The position numbers and the translations under genes were made by a program. Below the pieces are notes generated by a model, which was not told the DNA's origin, did not search any database, and worked only from the letters and a program-made list of their open reading frames with translations. Below are positions 1-14,631 of a DNA stretch of 64,000 nucleotides, one piece after another; the first letter of the stretch is position 1; each line of letters opens with the position of its first letter. This DNA comes from Octopus sinensis (Eukaryota), in contig NC_043017.1 in NCBI RefSeq assembly GCF_006345805.1, positions 8,556,001-8,620,000 on the forward strand, given 5' to 3'.

Positions 1-2003
1 CTCTTACACCTATCCTACATTGCCGTTCTAAAAATAAACAATCACGTCATTAAACTCTTGAAGCTATGAGATAATGCATGAGTAATTCAAAACAATGTGA
101 ATAAATAAGCAATACAGGTAGAATATTTGAGCCTAATATGGCTCAAATATTCTACCTGTTTTATGTTAAACTGTCAAGATCTGGCTTCTCACACCTACCT
201 GCAATGTCATTGTAAACTACAAAATAATGCATACTTAATTCAAAACAATGTGAGTAAATAAGCATCATATTTGATCGAATAGTCTGAATGCTAAAGGGTT
301 AACTGAACTCTTGATTGAGTTTTGAGTTGTGGAGTTGAGTCGCTTGGTTGGGGATTCAGCAACTGTACTGCCAATTCTCTCTTATATATCAAGCGACCCC
401 TGACATATGTAAGTTTAATTTCATGATGCAATATGCTGTGGTACACTTTAATCAGACATCAAGAGGTGCAGGGTTCAGTTCTCCTTAGTTTTTATTACAC
501 ATTTGGCCTTGTTGGATGGTAAACATAAATCAGAACCTGATTTAACATCATTGCATAGAAAACATTATAATAAAAACAATGACATCAAACTGAAGACTCA
601 CTCAATACACTTTGTAGGGTATGTATTTTTTTTTACTTTTTCAAGAAGAGAGGTGACAGTGACTTCGAAGTGTCAATGGTGCAACAAAGATTAGCAGGCC
701 AAAACTTCAAAATCAGTGTCACCTTTCTTCTTGTATATAATTTAAATTAATTCCTTTATGGGAACAGTGAATCTCGAAGCAAATATAGTTATGATTAATA
801 GCATGTTTATATTTGGTTAAAAGCCACATCAGTAAACGTGACTTTTTCCATCCAAACATGTTTTTCAACCGCATATTTATGTGGTGTTATTAATAGCTTT
901 ATTTACTTCAAGGTTCCCTGTTCCTAAAACAAATTATTTCACATTCTTGAAGTTTTAAACTCTTATGATATCAACAACATTTAAATTTATTTTAAAATTA
1001 TATACAAAAATTAAAAACTGAAAAATAAACACTGCGTTCAATTATACCGTTGCAAATTTTATTAATTACTTAATTAATAAATAAATAAATTAATTAATTA
1101 CAGCTCACTGTCATCTAATAAACCAATTAATGCTGATTATATTTCAGTCAAATCTAATTTTTAAAATAAATTGAAAATTATAAAATAATTTTTTTCCAAT
1201 TTTATTTGATTTTCATTTTAATTATTTTCTTTCATCTTCAAATTTCACTGAAAAATATTTTCAAAAAAGAAATATTGTTATCATTGAAAAGAATCTTTAT
1301 CAAAAAACTATATAATCAATTAAAATCACTGAATCGATCAATTTCCCTGTATCAATTCAAATTTATCATTAATTTGTGTAGTATTTCCACTTTTCTCTTA
1401 TTTGAAAATTGTAATTCTCTTTTTGTTGTTTTTTTTTTTGTTTAATATCTTCATATTTTATATATTTATATGTTTTAATGTGGTCTTTGTTCTTCCTTTC
1501 AAAGAAATAATGTCTCTGTGAAGAGAAATGCTAGTTTAAACAACTAATGTCTTTGAAAAGTCACCGTACATATTCAGTGTGCCATTGATGAGAAAAATAT
1601 CATATTTGCGTATGTGTGCGTTTGCCCGTGTGTGTATTTGCATGTGTGTGTATTTGCGTGTGGGTATTTGCGTACATGTCTGTCTGGCCATAAATGGCAA
1701 TATCTTCTGTACTCTTAAAATGGTCATATCGTTCAGTTATTTATTTATTTACTTTGCTGCAGGCACCAGCATGACTGTGTGGTTAAGAAATTTGCTTTTC
1801 AACCCTGTGGATTCATGTTCAGTCCCACTGTGTGTTACCATGGGCAAGTGTCTGGTAATATATAGCTCTGGGTTGACCAATGACTTGTGAGTGAATTTAG
1901 TAGAGGAAGCTGCATAGAAACTCAAGACATGCACACATTTGCGTTATTATTATTATTATTTAAGACAGTTTAATCCAGCTTCATATAACTTAGAGTTTTG
2001 CAG

Positions 2004-2041
2004 GCTTCTTACTGAAACCTACCTCATTCAGGGTCAGATCA
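2004..2041 (+). CDS. Myo3: Probable myosin III motor-domain exon (loop-2 region), (G)FLLKPTSFRVRS
   Basis: ttttgcAG acceptor and GTAAGT donor. 38 nt read from phase 1 ends in phase 0 and can join the 9891 exon. No strong homology is visible, so this is tentative. Confidence 0.5.
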
Positions 2042-2467
2042 GTAAGTCATATGTTCATATACAAATATATGTATATGAATACGTATATCTATCTGTCTGT
2101 CTACCCTCAACACTCTCTCTCTTTCTCTCTCTTACCTGCTTTAACTTTTGTTGCATATTTAGTCAAAGGAGACTACTACAAGGTCCAGCCCTTTTTTGTG
2201 GAGTGACAGCTTGTGTCCTTCTTGAACCTGAGAGCTATGCCTTTGGAGTGGACACCTTTTGTAGAGCCTTCCATGCTGGACAGGTGAAAGGACAGGGGCC
2301 ACACTAATATGGATAATTTCATCCGATAGATAAAACCATGTTTTATAATGCCATGTCTGTGTAATACCTAGAAAAGGAAAAAGGACAGAGGCATTGATGA
2401 CTATTCAAAACTGACAAGAACTGGAAGAGGAAGGCTCTCCTTCAGGGAAACAAAAGAGAGCCTAGAG

Positions 2468-2654
2468 CAATGGTCCCCAACCTGTAGTCCATGGACCCCT
2501 GGTGGTCAGCAAATGTAGTACTGGAGGTCTGTAAATTAAATTCAAAATTTCATATATATATATATACATAAGGATAAACATATTAAAAGGAGTCTGTGGG
2601 AAAACTCATTTAAATAAAAGAGGTCTTTGGTAGTGAAAAAGTTGGGGACCACTG
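2468..2654. mobile_element. hAT (Charlie-like) MITE
   Basis: TIR CAATGGTCCCCAAC / GTTGGGGACCACTG; 8-bp TSD GCCTAGAG/GCCTATAG. Confidence 0.8.
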
Positions 2655-3853
2655 GCCTATAGTTAAGGAAAAAGGTTGATGGCCTGTGCTCCATTGGGAG
2701 TGAAGGGCTTAAAGAGAGGACAAAGTTGGAGGAGATCATGCTTTGCAAAACTGGTTGGAGAAGGGCAGAAAGTTCTGCTCAGAACAGAGGCCAGGCCTAA
2801 ACATGCAATATAGGGGACTCTGCTAAAGATGCCCCAAGGGCCATGCGTTGGTGTTAAACTAGGCAACAGGTGAAGTCTCCCAGTCTAGAACAGGAATGTT
2901 TTTTCTATGCTTCCACACAGTTTCCATTTAGTAAATCCTACTCATCTCACAGTGATTTGGTTGACCTGAAACTGAAATAGAAATTACTTAGCTAAGGTCC
3001 CGGTTAGTGGGATTAAACCTGAAATTATGCAGTTATGAACAGAATTTCTTAACCACACAACCATACCTTGATAGATTGAAACCTTTCAGAGTCATAGATA
3101 TAAAAAGAATAATATCACACCCACACATATATATATTGTATATACGTATGTGTGTGTATACGTATATATATATATATTTATTTATTCATACACACACATA
3201 CATGAATGCATGTGTGTATCTTATATATGCATATGTATATATATGTGTGTATGTATGTATATGCATATATATCTATATCTACATATATATATGTGTGTAT
3301 GTATATATATACATATGCATGAATATATTGTATGTATATATATATATATATATATATATGCAAGTGTGATAATGCAATATCTATGATAATATCAAATCTT
3401 TTCAAGTACATTGATTGCAACCAGCCCCACCCCCTCCCAGAAGAACATAAGTAAAAAAAAAAACAACCAATCAACCAAAAACATCCTGGTTTCACATGCA
3501 TATTTATGACAAAGTTGAATTACAATGGATGCAGTGATAGAAAAGAAGTATCACATGTTTGTGCGTGAATAAATCAATTTATTGCCCATATCTGTTATAC
3601 TGGGTGAATCTCTTTGGTATATTAACGGAAGAAGGAGACGAAAGAAAGGAAACGTTGCATCATGTTTGTTTTATGAAGAAAATATCTCGTGGATGTGTTG
3701 CGAAGACAAACTTTGTGTTTGTGTGTGTATTATATATATCTCTACACATTATATATATATATATCTATATATATATATATATTGGTTTATATATCAATAT
3801 ATATAATATATATATATAATATATATATATATATATTGGTTATATATCAATAT

Positions 3854-3897
<44 letters not shown>

Positions 3898-3942
3898 TTA
3901 ATATATCAATATATATATATATATATATATATTGGTTATATA

Positions 3943-3986
<44 letters not shown>

Positions 3987-5511
3987 TTTATATATCTATA
4001 TATATATATATATATATATATATTGGTTAATATATCAATATATATATATTGGTTTATATATCAATATATATATAATATATATATATATATAATGGTTCAT
4101 AGTTCATATATCAATATATATATATATTGATTTATATATCAGTATATATATACCCATGCTAGCATGGAAAGCGGACGTTAAACGATGATGATATATATAT
4201 ATATATATTTCTATGGATTTATTTTTATATATATTTTATATGCACACACACACACACACACACACATGTGCACACGCACACACACACTTCTATACATATG
4301 TAGGTACATGTCTATAGATATATTAATATATATGTATGTATATGCAAATGTGTGTGTGTGTAAATGTATTTATCTGTTTATGTGTGTGTGTGTTTGTAAA
4401 TATATGTATGTTTGTGTGTGTGTGGATAAGGAAATGCGAAATCCATTAATATATTAAAACCCACGGCATAAAAAAAAATGTGTGTATATGTGTGTGAGCT
4501 TCTGTATGAATGCGTGTATTTATGCGTGAGTGGATGTTTAATTTTTAATGTTTCATGTTTGTTGATAGAAGTCTTTAAATATTCATTTACGTGGTAAACA
4601 GAAACCTCTTCTGAAAGCTAATATAAAACGTTCTCTTTCTTACCATATACATATGTGTGTATATGTATATATATATATAAATGTGTGTGTGCGTGGGTAT
4701 ATATATATATATATATGTATATATACACACACACACTCACAAAGCACTGGTAATGGTGTCACATAAAAAGCACTGGTGATGGTTCCAAGTATAAAAGAAC
4801 TGATGCTGGTGCCACCTAAGGAGCACTCGGTACATTCTGTAAAGTAGTTGGGGCCAGGAAGGGCATCCGACCATAGAAACCATGCCGTTGCAGACGAGGG
4901 AACCTGGTGCAGGCCCTGGCCTTGCCAACTCCTGTCAAACTGTCCAACCCATGCCATCATGGAAACTGGACGTTAAATGATGATGATGTTGATGATGATG
5001 TAGAAAGGACCATTATTATCATTATTGTCAAGGTGGTGAACTGGGAGAATCATTAGCACACTGGACAGAATGTTTAGTGGTATTTCATGTTTTTACATTC
5101 TGAGTTCAAATTCCAATGAGGTCAGCTTAGCCTTTCATCCTTTCAGGGTCGATAAAATAAATATCAGTTGAACTCTAGGGTCGATATAACTGACTTAGCC
5201 ACTCCTGCAAATTTGCTGGTCTTGTGCCAAAATTGGAAATCATTATTATCATTGATTAGTACAAGGGCAGCTTCTATTGAGCTGACTTAGGTTCAATGTT
5301 TATTGAAACCTTCACAATCATCTCTTTTGTCCCTTTTATCTAGATGTGGTGCTTTTAAAACTTCAATATCCAGTACTTCCTTCTTTGCTCTGGGAGACAT
5401 TAGATTGTGGTATATGAGGAGAGAGATTTGATTGTGATGTCTAGGCAATTAAGGACACCATGTAAGGACTCCTGGTGTCTGTATGTGTATGCAAATTGCC
5501 TTCTGTATGTG

Positions 5512-5552
<41 letters not shown>

Positions 5553-5875
5553 AAAGAACAAACACAAAAAAAACAACAATGCCAGGACGTGGTACATGTA
5601 AAGTATTAGAAAACGCTCAGGGAAGGAAAGAAAGATGGTTTAATGTTTTAAGCAAAGCACTTCTTTGGAAACGGAGGAAAGTCCAACAGAAAAGGAAGAC
5701 GGAGGAAAAAAAAATTTGCCAGTGATTCACATGTGGTTACATTCTGACTGACTTTGGAGTATCTAATTCATGGAATTCTTTCTACCATTGGATTACATAA
5801 CATTGTTCATTCGGAATATGCCATTTCTGCACTTTGATTGTGAATCATATATACATATAGATAGATAGATATTTG

Positions 5876-5909
<34 letters not shown>

Positions 5910-7000
5910 TATAGATATATAGATACTGTATATATACTGGATAATAAAATGAATTACAGAGGAGGGGTGCTAAGCAATGATGGGTAAAATTGTAATGTTA
6001 TTATCGGTCCAAATATACTTGCGGCACATTTGAACCTGTGAACAAGCTACCCACTGTGTTTTGTCATGGAAAATATATTCCGTTTGTTGACCTCTAATGT
6101 CTGTAACTCATGGTCTGGGTAGGTGGTGCTGTGAGCTGATCTAGGTGTATACATACCATTTGTCAACAAACGGGGTATATTTTCTGTGACAAAATGCTGT
6201 CTATTGGTTCAAACGTACCTCAAGTATATCCGGACTGATAATAATGATAAAATGAATGGTTTACAACTGGTGGCTTACTAGTAAACCACGGTCCCTTTCC
6301 AGTGTTCACTATGTATATGATAAATGAAAGATGGAAGATACAAGATTTTTTATTAATCACAACAATTGTTTTGACCCATCTAGCATCAATTCCTCGCATG
6401 AAGGATCGATGCAAGATATGCAGAAACAATTGCTGTGATTAATAAAAATTCTTGTATATTCCATCTTCCGTCTTTCATTTACCATATAGATGTATGTTTA
6501 TGTATATATGAATATGTAATTAGGGCATTGGCTTGAAACATCAAAGACTTCTTTTCATTTATCCTAAGCTTCAAACTGATACAACTTCTTTGTTCTTTTC
6601 TCTCTTGTTTCTTTCATTTGTTGCTGTTTTCTTGTGTCATTTTTAACTATATATATATACATACAAGTAATATATGTATATAATATGTGTATATAATTCA
6701 TATATATATACATATGCATATGTATCTGTATATATATATATATACACACACACACAGATTTATATGTATATGATATATAAATATACATACATATATATAT
6801 ATACATGCGTGCATACATACAAACATACATACATATATATATATATATTTATATATATATGTATATATATACACATTATATTTATATATACATATATATA
6901 TATATACGCATTATATTTATATATATATATATTTATATATATATATATATATATATATACAACACATTATATTTATATATATATATATACACATTATATT

Positions 7001-7036
<36 letters not shown>

Positions 7037-7112
7037 CACATACACATTATATTTATATATATATATAATATATATATACACATATTATATATATATATAT
7101 ACACATATTTAT

Positions 7113-7143
<31 letters not shown>

Positions 7144-7977
7144 TATATACACACATATAAGCCTATATCTATACATATGCTGTTACAAACGTAATAAAAA
7201 TTAATTTTTTTTTTCTGTTTGTGTCTTTTTTTTTCCAGTACAAAACTGTAAGTATTTGTCACACTGGTTTGCAGCATTACTAAATCAATAAAGCAATAAG
7301 TAATTCTTAACAAGAACAACAACAACAACTACTATCACCAGCTACTCCTGCTGCTGCTGCTGCTTCATTTGCTTGCCTTTCTTCTTTTGCAGTGTGTCTC
7401 TCTATATATATACATATGTGTGCTGTGGTGTGTTTAAGCAGTTTGAACTAACACTAAATATTATATATATATATATATATGTATACGTGTGTGCATGAAT
7501 GTGTGTATTCTTGTCTCTTGTCTGCTGTTTCTTAACCAATGTGAGAATCTCTCTCTATTTATCTATCTGTCTGTTTGTCTGTCTATGTGTGTGCATATAT
7601 ATATAAAGGCAAAGAATGACCATTGGATTGCCCCTGGTGAGACCCCTCCAAGGTAGAAGTCCTAGCAAGATTGTTTATGGAAGACCAGCAGTCACCCATG
7701 CATGCATGCCAGCCTCCCCTCTCCATGCCACCAATGTTATCAAGACTTTTTCTTCCCTTAGGTTCAATGTTTATTGAAACCTTCACAATCATCTCTTTTG
7801 TCCCCTTTTATCTAGATGTGGTGCTTTTAAAACTTCAATATCCAGTACTTCCTTCTTTGCTCTGTGAGATAATAGATTGTGGTATATAAGGAGAGAGATT
7901 TGATTGTGATGTCTAGGCAATTAAAGACACCATATAAGGACTCCTGGTGTCCGTATGTGTATGCAAATTGCCTTCTG

Positions 7978-8009
<32 letters not shown>

Positions 8010-8466
8010 AACAAAGAACAAACACGAAAAAACAACAATGCCAGGACGTGGTACATGCAGCCCAGTCTGAGAAATCTGTGACTGTTTTTTTTCTCGCTTA
8101 CCAAACAGAATAAAATCAATAGACACGAAAGTCACGATTCCCTCAGTAACTGGTTGAAATATCCTGGGGATTCCAAGCAAGAATTTGTTCCTAGTTAGTC
8201 AACCTAGGTCTTACCCGAAGTGCTGTGCACTGGAGTTAGATTTAAATATTTGTGGTTGCAAGGTTAATTTCTTGACTTCATAATCACACAGAATGAGAAA
8301 AGGTGTGGTGGATGGTAAGGAGAGGAGGGGCTTCTCTTGATTATACGAGGGGGCAGCTATTCCAAGAAAAGACTGACTATGAAAATCCATACAAGCCATG
8401 CCAGCACGGAAATGTGGATGAAAAAGTGCTGGTAATGTGTGTGTGTGTTTATGTTTATAGGCACAG

Positions 8467-8622
8467 GTGTGGCTGTGTGGTAAGTAGCTTGCTTACCAAC
8501 CACATGGTCCTGGGTTCAGTCCCACTGTGTAGCACATTGGGCAAGTGTCTTCTACTAGAGCTTCGGGCTGACCAAAGCCTTGTGAGTAGATTTGGTAGAT
8601 AGAAACTGGAAGAAGCCTGTCG
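8467..8622 (+). mobile_element. tRNA-derived SINE, second family (copies near 1770, 15275, 17250, 24015(-), 28885(-), 42315, 45195, 62210)
   Basis: Head TGGCTGTGTGG...GGTTCAGTCCC, CORE-like TTGGGCAAGTG, tail GATTTGGTAGA.GAAACTG.AAGAAGCC followed by a microsatellite. Confidence 0.85.
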
Positions 8623-8781
8623 TATGTGTATGTGTATATATATATATATATAAAAACATGTATGTATATGAATACATATAAATGCATATGTATGTATATA
8701 TATATATGCATATATATGTGTGTGTTGTAAATATATATTTCTGTGTGTGTGTATGCATATTGTATATGTGTGCATATGTAT

Positions 8782-8833
<52 letters not shown>

Positions 8834-9890
8834 ATTTTCCACTTTTGCTTTGTGTGAAATCTCACATTTCCTTCATTTCATCTCACTTTACTCTCTGCAT
8901 CTCTCTCTCTCTCTCTCTACATCACACTGCACCCAGCTATATAGCCTTGCGTGAATATCTATCAAGAACACAACAAAAGGACTTAAAAACATTGATAAGT
9001 AAACAAAACCACAAACAGGCAATTTGGCTCTCCATCGGTTATGGCAACAAGTGTTCCAGCTGATCCGATCAATGAAGCAGCCTGCTCGTAAAGTTAACGT
9101 GCAAGTGGCTGAGCACTCCACAGTTACGTTTACCCTTGATGTAGTTCTTAGGGTGATTCAGCGTGACATAGAGTGTGACAAGGCTGGCCCTTTGAAATAC
9201 AGGTACTACTCATTTTTGACAGATGAGTGGACTGGGGCAATGTGAAATAAAGTGTCTTGCTCAAGGACTTTATGATTGTGAGCTGGATGTCCTAACACAT
9301 ATGCCTTCATATAGAGAGTATATAATATTAGTAAAACATTGGAAGGACTAGATAGGTAATAATAAGTACTTGATGTTTCGGACAGTTGCCCTTTATCAAG
9401 AAAAAGCAGAGAAGGGAAAAAGGATGTAAAGCAAGTTCTGATGATGCAAGATAATAACGACGCCATTCAGTTGCTTCCTCAGAACTTTATTTTCTTTAAT
9501 TCTTTTGTCCTTTCATATTGATGGAGAATGTTTGTCTGAAATATCATGTACTTTATATTTTCTATTTCTCTTAGTTACATTGTCAAACTAATGGCATATA
9601 TTGTGTTCTCTTGTGGAAGAAGTCTGGCCCAGTGAGGACAGGGAGACACACACACACAACACAACACACACACACACACAATTATACACACATGCACAAA
9701 GCATTTGGGAAGTACCAACTGAATGCACTTATATACACATTTACACACACACACACACACACATAAAATCAAAACTCATTCTTACAAACACACATACACA
9801 CGCTTATGGAATCTGGGAAGAACCTGTTGATCCAAATAACTGCTTCTCTATCCCTAACTAACATAAATTCTTCCATCTTCCAATTTGCAG

Positions 9891-10012
9891 ATGGGCCATG
9901 GACAGGGATCAACCAGCATGACTCGTATTCAGCAGACCGTGTCGTCATATTTCCGTTACTCTCTTATGGACTTACTCTCCAAGATGGTTGCAGGGACACC
10001 GCACTTTGTTCG
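9891..10012 (+). CDS. Myo3: Myosin III motor-domain exon ([41 protein letters not shown])
   Basis: Matches the class III myosin signature [28 protein letters not shown]. tttgcAG acceptor, CG|GTTCGT donor (phase 2). Confidence 0.93.
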
Positions 10013-10189
10013 GTTCGTATTCCACTTTCAGATTCTTTCTTGGGGTCGTAGTAGTGTTTGTAGTCAATGCTGAACTTCATGTTAGTGCTGATAGTCCTTG
10101 TTATTGTTATTGTTGTTGTTTCTGTTCTTTATTCTTGTTATTGTTGTTACTATTAATGTTGCTTTTGCTGTTGAGTGAACGGTCTTCAT

Positions 10190-10535
10190 CCCAGAGCTCA
10201 CAAGATGGGAGAAGTCGGAAACGTAGTCCTTTGCTATTCGTAAGACCTGCAGAAGAGAAAGCAGGTCAACCCCCGACACCGAGAGCATCGACGGATGGAT
10301 GAATGCGCATCCAGGCTCAGCGGTTGCGTAGGAAGTTGGGGACAAGAAACAGGAAGAAAGAATGAGAAAAAGTTGTAGCGAAAGAGTACAACAGGGGTCG
10401 CCATCACCCCCTGCCGGAGCCTCGTGGAGCTTTAGGTGTTTTTGCTCAATAAACACATAACGCCCAGTCTGGGAATCGAAACTGCGATCCTCCGACTGCG
10501 AGTCCACTGCCCTAACCACTGGGCCATTGCGCCTC
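10190..10535 (-). mobile_element. tRNA-derived SINE, fourth family (related copy 35765-36115(+))
   Basis: Reverse complement begins GGAGGCGCAATGGCCCAGTGGTTAGGGCAGTGGACTCGCAGTC with B box GTTTCGATTCCC. Confidence 0.8.
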
Positions 10536-11145
10536 CTATGCTGTTAATGTTGAAGTTACTCTTGAAGATATTAATAGATGTTTGTCTTTTCCATTGTCAG
10601 TTCTGCTGTTGTTCTTGTTGTTGAAGCTGATATCAAAATTGTTTTTTATTTCATGTTGTTGTTGTTTCACCTGTTTTCAATAACACTTTTAAACTGATCA
10701 CTTGCAGAATCATTAGCATACCTGGCTAAATGCTTAGTGGCATTTCATCCCTCCTTACGGTCTGAGTTCAAAACCCACCGACATCAGCTTTGCTATTCAT
10801 CCTCTCAGGGTCAATAAATTGAGTACCAGTAAAACACTTGGGTCGATGTAATCGACTAGTCCCCTCTCCCTAAATTTCAGGCCTTGTGCCTTTAGTAGAA
10901 AGGATCATTATTGGGAAGGTGGCAAGGTGGCAGACGAAATGCTACTAAGCATCTCGTCTTTATGTTGTGAGTACAAATTTCACCGAGGTTGATTTTGCCT
11001 TTCATCATTTTGGGGTCAATAAAACAAGTACCAGTTGCAAACTGAGGTTGATGTAATCAACTTATGTTCCACCCCAAAATTGCTGACTTGTGCCAAAAAT
11101 TGAAACCAATAACAACAACTAGTGTTACCTCTCTGTCTGTTTGTC

Positions 11146-11177
<32 letters not shown>

Positions 11178-11317
11178 ACCCAAAGAAAAGCTCTACCTTG
11201 TAATTTGTCCTATCTGTGTGCAGCCCTGTGTGGCTAATAAAGAAACATATCTATCTATCTATCTATCTATATATCTATTTATCTATCTCTTACTTTCTCT
11301 TTTTCCAACATGTTTAG

Positions 11318-11467
11318 TTGCCTGAAACCAAACACCCAGAAAATTCCTGCAGTCTACGACAAAGAACTCATCAAGACTCAGCTTCGTTACACTGGAGTCT
11401 TGGAAACTACCAGAATTCGCCGAGAAGGTTTCTCTCATCGTATTCCCTTCGGAGAGTTTTTGCAACG
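11318..11467 (+). CDS. Myo3: Myosin III motor exon ([50 protein letters not shown])
   Basis: Cx[13 protein letters not shown] and RxxGFSHRI motifs (SH2/SH1 helix region). Acceptor tttAG, donor GTACGT, phase 2-2. Confidence 0.95.
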
Positions 11468-12699
11468 GTACGTATCGCACATCGGTGGCATAACAGCATG
11501 GGGCGGCTTGCAGTGTATAAGGTTGGGGCCGTGTGGGTGTATGACTGACAGTGTAGTCATTTATTGTTGGTGTTTTGTGGGGGTTTGAGTGACAAAACAT
11601 TATCGTCAGTGGCGTGGGGGAGTTAGGGCTAGGGTCAAGGGTGGGGGTGTATGGTTGGTGGTGTGGGTTGGGGTTAGCATTATGGGTTAAGGGTTAGTAG
11701 TGAAGGCATATGAATTTGATGGTACAGGGTTTTTGTCAGTTTGTTGCGGGGGGGGGGGTGAGTGGTAGAGAATTATCGGCAGTGGTATTGGGGTCAGACT
11801 AGGGGTCAGGGTGTATTGTTGGTGATGTTGGTTGAAGTTAGTAGTGAGATCGGTGCAGAGTTATTGTTGGTGAGTTGTGGAAGTTGAGTGGTAGGGCGTT
11901 GTCGTTGAAGGATGTCAGGTTAGCGTTGGTGACGTGAGGGTGACATCGAGCAACATGTAGGTTATTATTAGTGGTATGAGATGATGAGGTGTGAGTGAGG
12001 GGTTGTTATTGGGTGGTGTGGGATGAAGTGGAGTGAAGTGGGGGTTGATGGGGGAGGGATAATTTTGGGAAAATTGATGAGTGTTTGCCTTTTTTTGAGT
12101 GTTTGCCTCCTGTTCTTCGTGGTGGTGTTGGGTGGTATAGTTGTTGGTAGCTTTGTAGTACATACACGTACATGTACTGTACACTCCCTTACACACACAC
12201 ACACATGCCATATTATGCATACAAATATCATAATGTACATTCATATATAGAACACATACATACATACATACATATATAGAATACATGCATACATACATAA
12301 ATACACACACACCCCTCTTGGCCCATTAGCATTCATTTTATTCTATCAAACACTTGTGTATTAACTTTGTTTTGAAGTAATCATGAATTCTCTCATAGCT
12401 TTGAGATTTCGGTGTTGTGTTTGTTTGTTTCTAAAATGACATTGTGGGCTAAATGTGAGAGACCAGATCTGGCCGGTTTGAAGAAAAAACAAGTAGAATG
12501 TCTGGGCAGGACATGGCCCTTTTAAATGCTAAAAGGTTAACATATCCACATTTACATATGCAATGTTCCTTAAAAGGAACAATTGTTTCACTATAAAGGA
12601 TCACATTTTTTGATGTAGTTCAGGGATAGAAAAGAATGAATGCCACCACATGCACCTAAATTCTCCTAATCATGTCAGCATTCAAATTATCATTTGCAG

Positions 12700-12811
12700 G
12701 TACTACGTACTGATGCCCAGCTGGGTAAAAGCACCAAAAGCAAGGGCAGAGAACTGTTCTTCACTTCTACAGCATGTGGGATTCAGTGACTATGCCTTTG
12801 GCAAAACCAAA
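12700..12811 (+). CDS. Myo3: Myosin III converter exon (YYVLMPSW...YAFGKTK)
   Basis: RY...GKTK converter motif. tttgcAG acceptor, GTAAGT donor, phase 2-0. Confidence 0.93.
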
Positions 12812-13101
12812 GTAAGTGCCACCACTATCTTCAGTTGTTTGACATCCAAACCCTTTCTTTGTTCCACCCTAGACCAAACTGACTTGACTGACTCCCAGAC
12901 ATACTCAACATTTTTTTGTCATAGCATAGCTCCAACATTTGAAACTCCAAGTCCTATAATGACAACCGTTTACTTTTTTCTAAATTTGTTCTAAATTATA
13001 ACATATATAAATAATCCTCTATTTATCTAATATTGAGGTCTCATACTTTGTAATTACTTATTATATTATATATATTATATATATTATATATATAATAATA
13101 T

Positions 13102-13464
13102 CTAGTACATATGACCCTGCAACGCTGGTCATAGTGCTAGTGCAGCATATACAGCTGCGTGCATGCGCACATACACGCGAGTACTGTCCAAATCTCCGAC
13201 CAATACATACTGCTAGCTGGCATTCAATTGGCGTATCAAGTTTCGGGCATTTTGATTGGGTTTTGGATAGAAAATTCACAAAACAGTCCACTTCTATTGA
13301 TTTTTCAATGGCTTTGGCGGGTGACTGGGGAAATGTAAAGATGTGCACGACCACCCTTGGACAGTTTTGAATGACCATAGAAAGTGCGAGCCCTCTAACT
13401 GAAAAATTGTGGATTTGTATAAAGGACACACACACAGACATTTTGCCGTTTATATATATATAGA
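13102..13464 (-). mobile_element. Non-autonomous Helitron
   Basis: Minus strand begins TCTATATATAT and ends with hairpin TATGACC...GGTCATA followed by CTAG; internal (TG)n microsatellite. Confidence 0.72.
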
Positions 13465-13854
13465 ATAAAACTCTTGCAGGCAAAGTTTTCTTTATTAGGT
13501 AAAAACATTGATGAGCAAATCTTGAAGACCTGCTGAATGCAATCTTCATCATACCTTACTCTCAGTATAAAGTCTTCCACCAATAAATATTCCATTGTTC
13601 TTACACTTGTTTGAAATGTCTTATCTGAGTAAGTTATTTTGTTAAGAGAACATTTTTACTTATATAATTACTTGAAACACATGTATTAAATGCATTCAAA
13701 ATATCAATGTTTGGTATGTCTTCATTACACACACAGACACAATTTCAAACAAGTGTAAGAACAACAATGGAATATTTATTGGTGGAAGACTCTATACTGA
13801 GAGTAGAACGTAAGGTATGATGAAGATTGCATTCAGCAGGGCTTCAACATTTAT

Positions 13855-14542
13855 ACATATATGTATAGGTATATATATGTATGTATATATATGTATATAT
13901 ATATATGTATATATATAATATATATTATATATATGTATCTATATATATATGTATATATATATATATATGTATATGTATATATATGTATCTATATGTATAT
14001 GTATATTATATATGTATGTATATATAGGTTATATTTTATTATATATATATATTATGTATATATCTGTAATGTATATATTGTAATATATATATGTATGTTT
14101 ATATATAGTATATATGTAATAATGTATATAGATGTAGTATATTATATGTATTCTATATATGTAATATGTAATATATATATGTTTAATATATATATGTATG
14201 TAGATGTTTATATATGTATATATAGTATATATAGTATGGATATATATATATATATGTATATATATGTATATATGTATATATATATATATATGTTATATGT
14301 ATCTATTATATATATGTATATATATATATATGTATATATATATATGTATATATATATATGTATATATATATATCTATATATTATATATAGGTATAATATA
14401 TGTATATATATATGTTTATATATATATATGTTTATATATATATGTATATATGTATATGTTATATATATATGTTATATATATATATATATTTTTTATATAT
14501 ATGTTATATATATATGTTTATATATATATGTATATATATATG

Positions 14543-14591
<49 letters not shown>

Positions 14592-14600
14592 GTATATATG

Positions 14601-14631
<31 letters not shown>

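Noticed and set aside
2163-2310. Additional Myo3 exon after the tttAG at 2162
   Set aside because: No good phase-compatible donor, and the sequence resembles a decayed RTE-type LINE 5' region interrupted by the hAT MITE.
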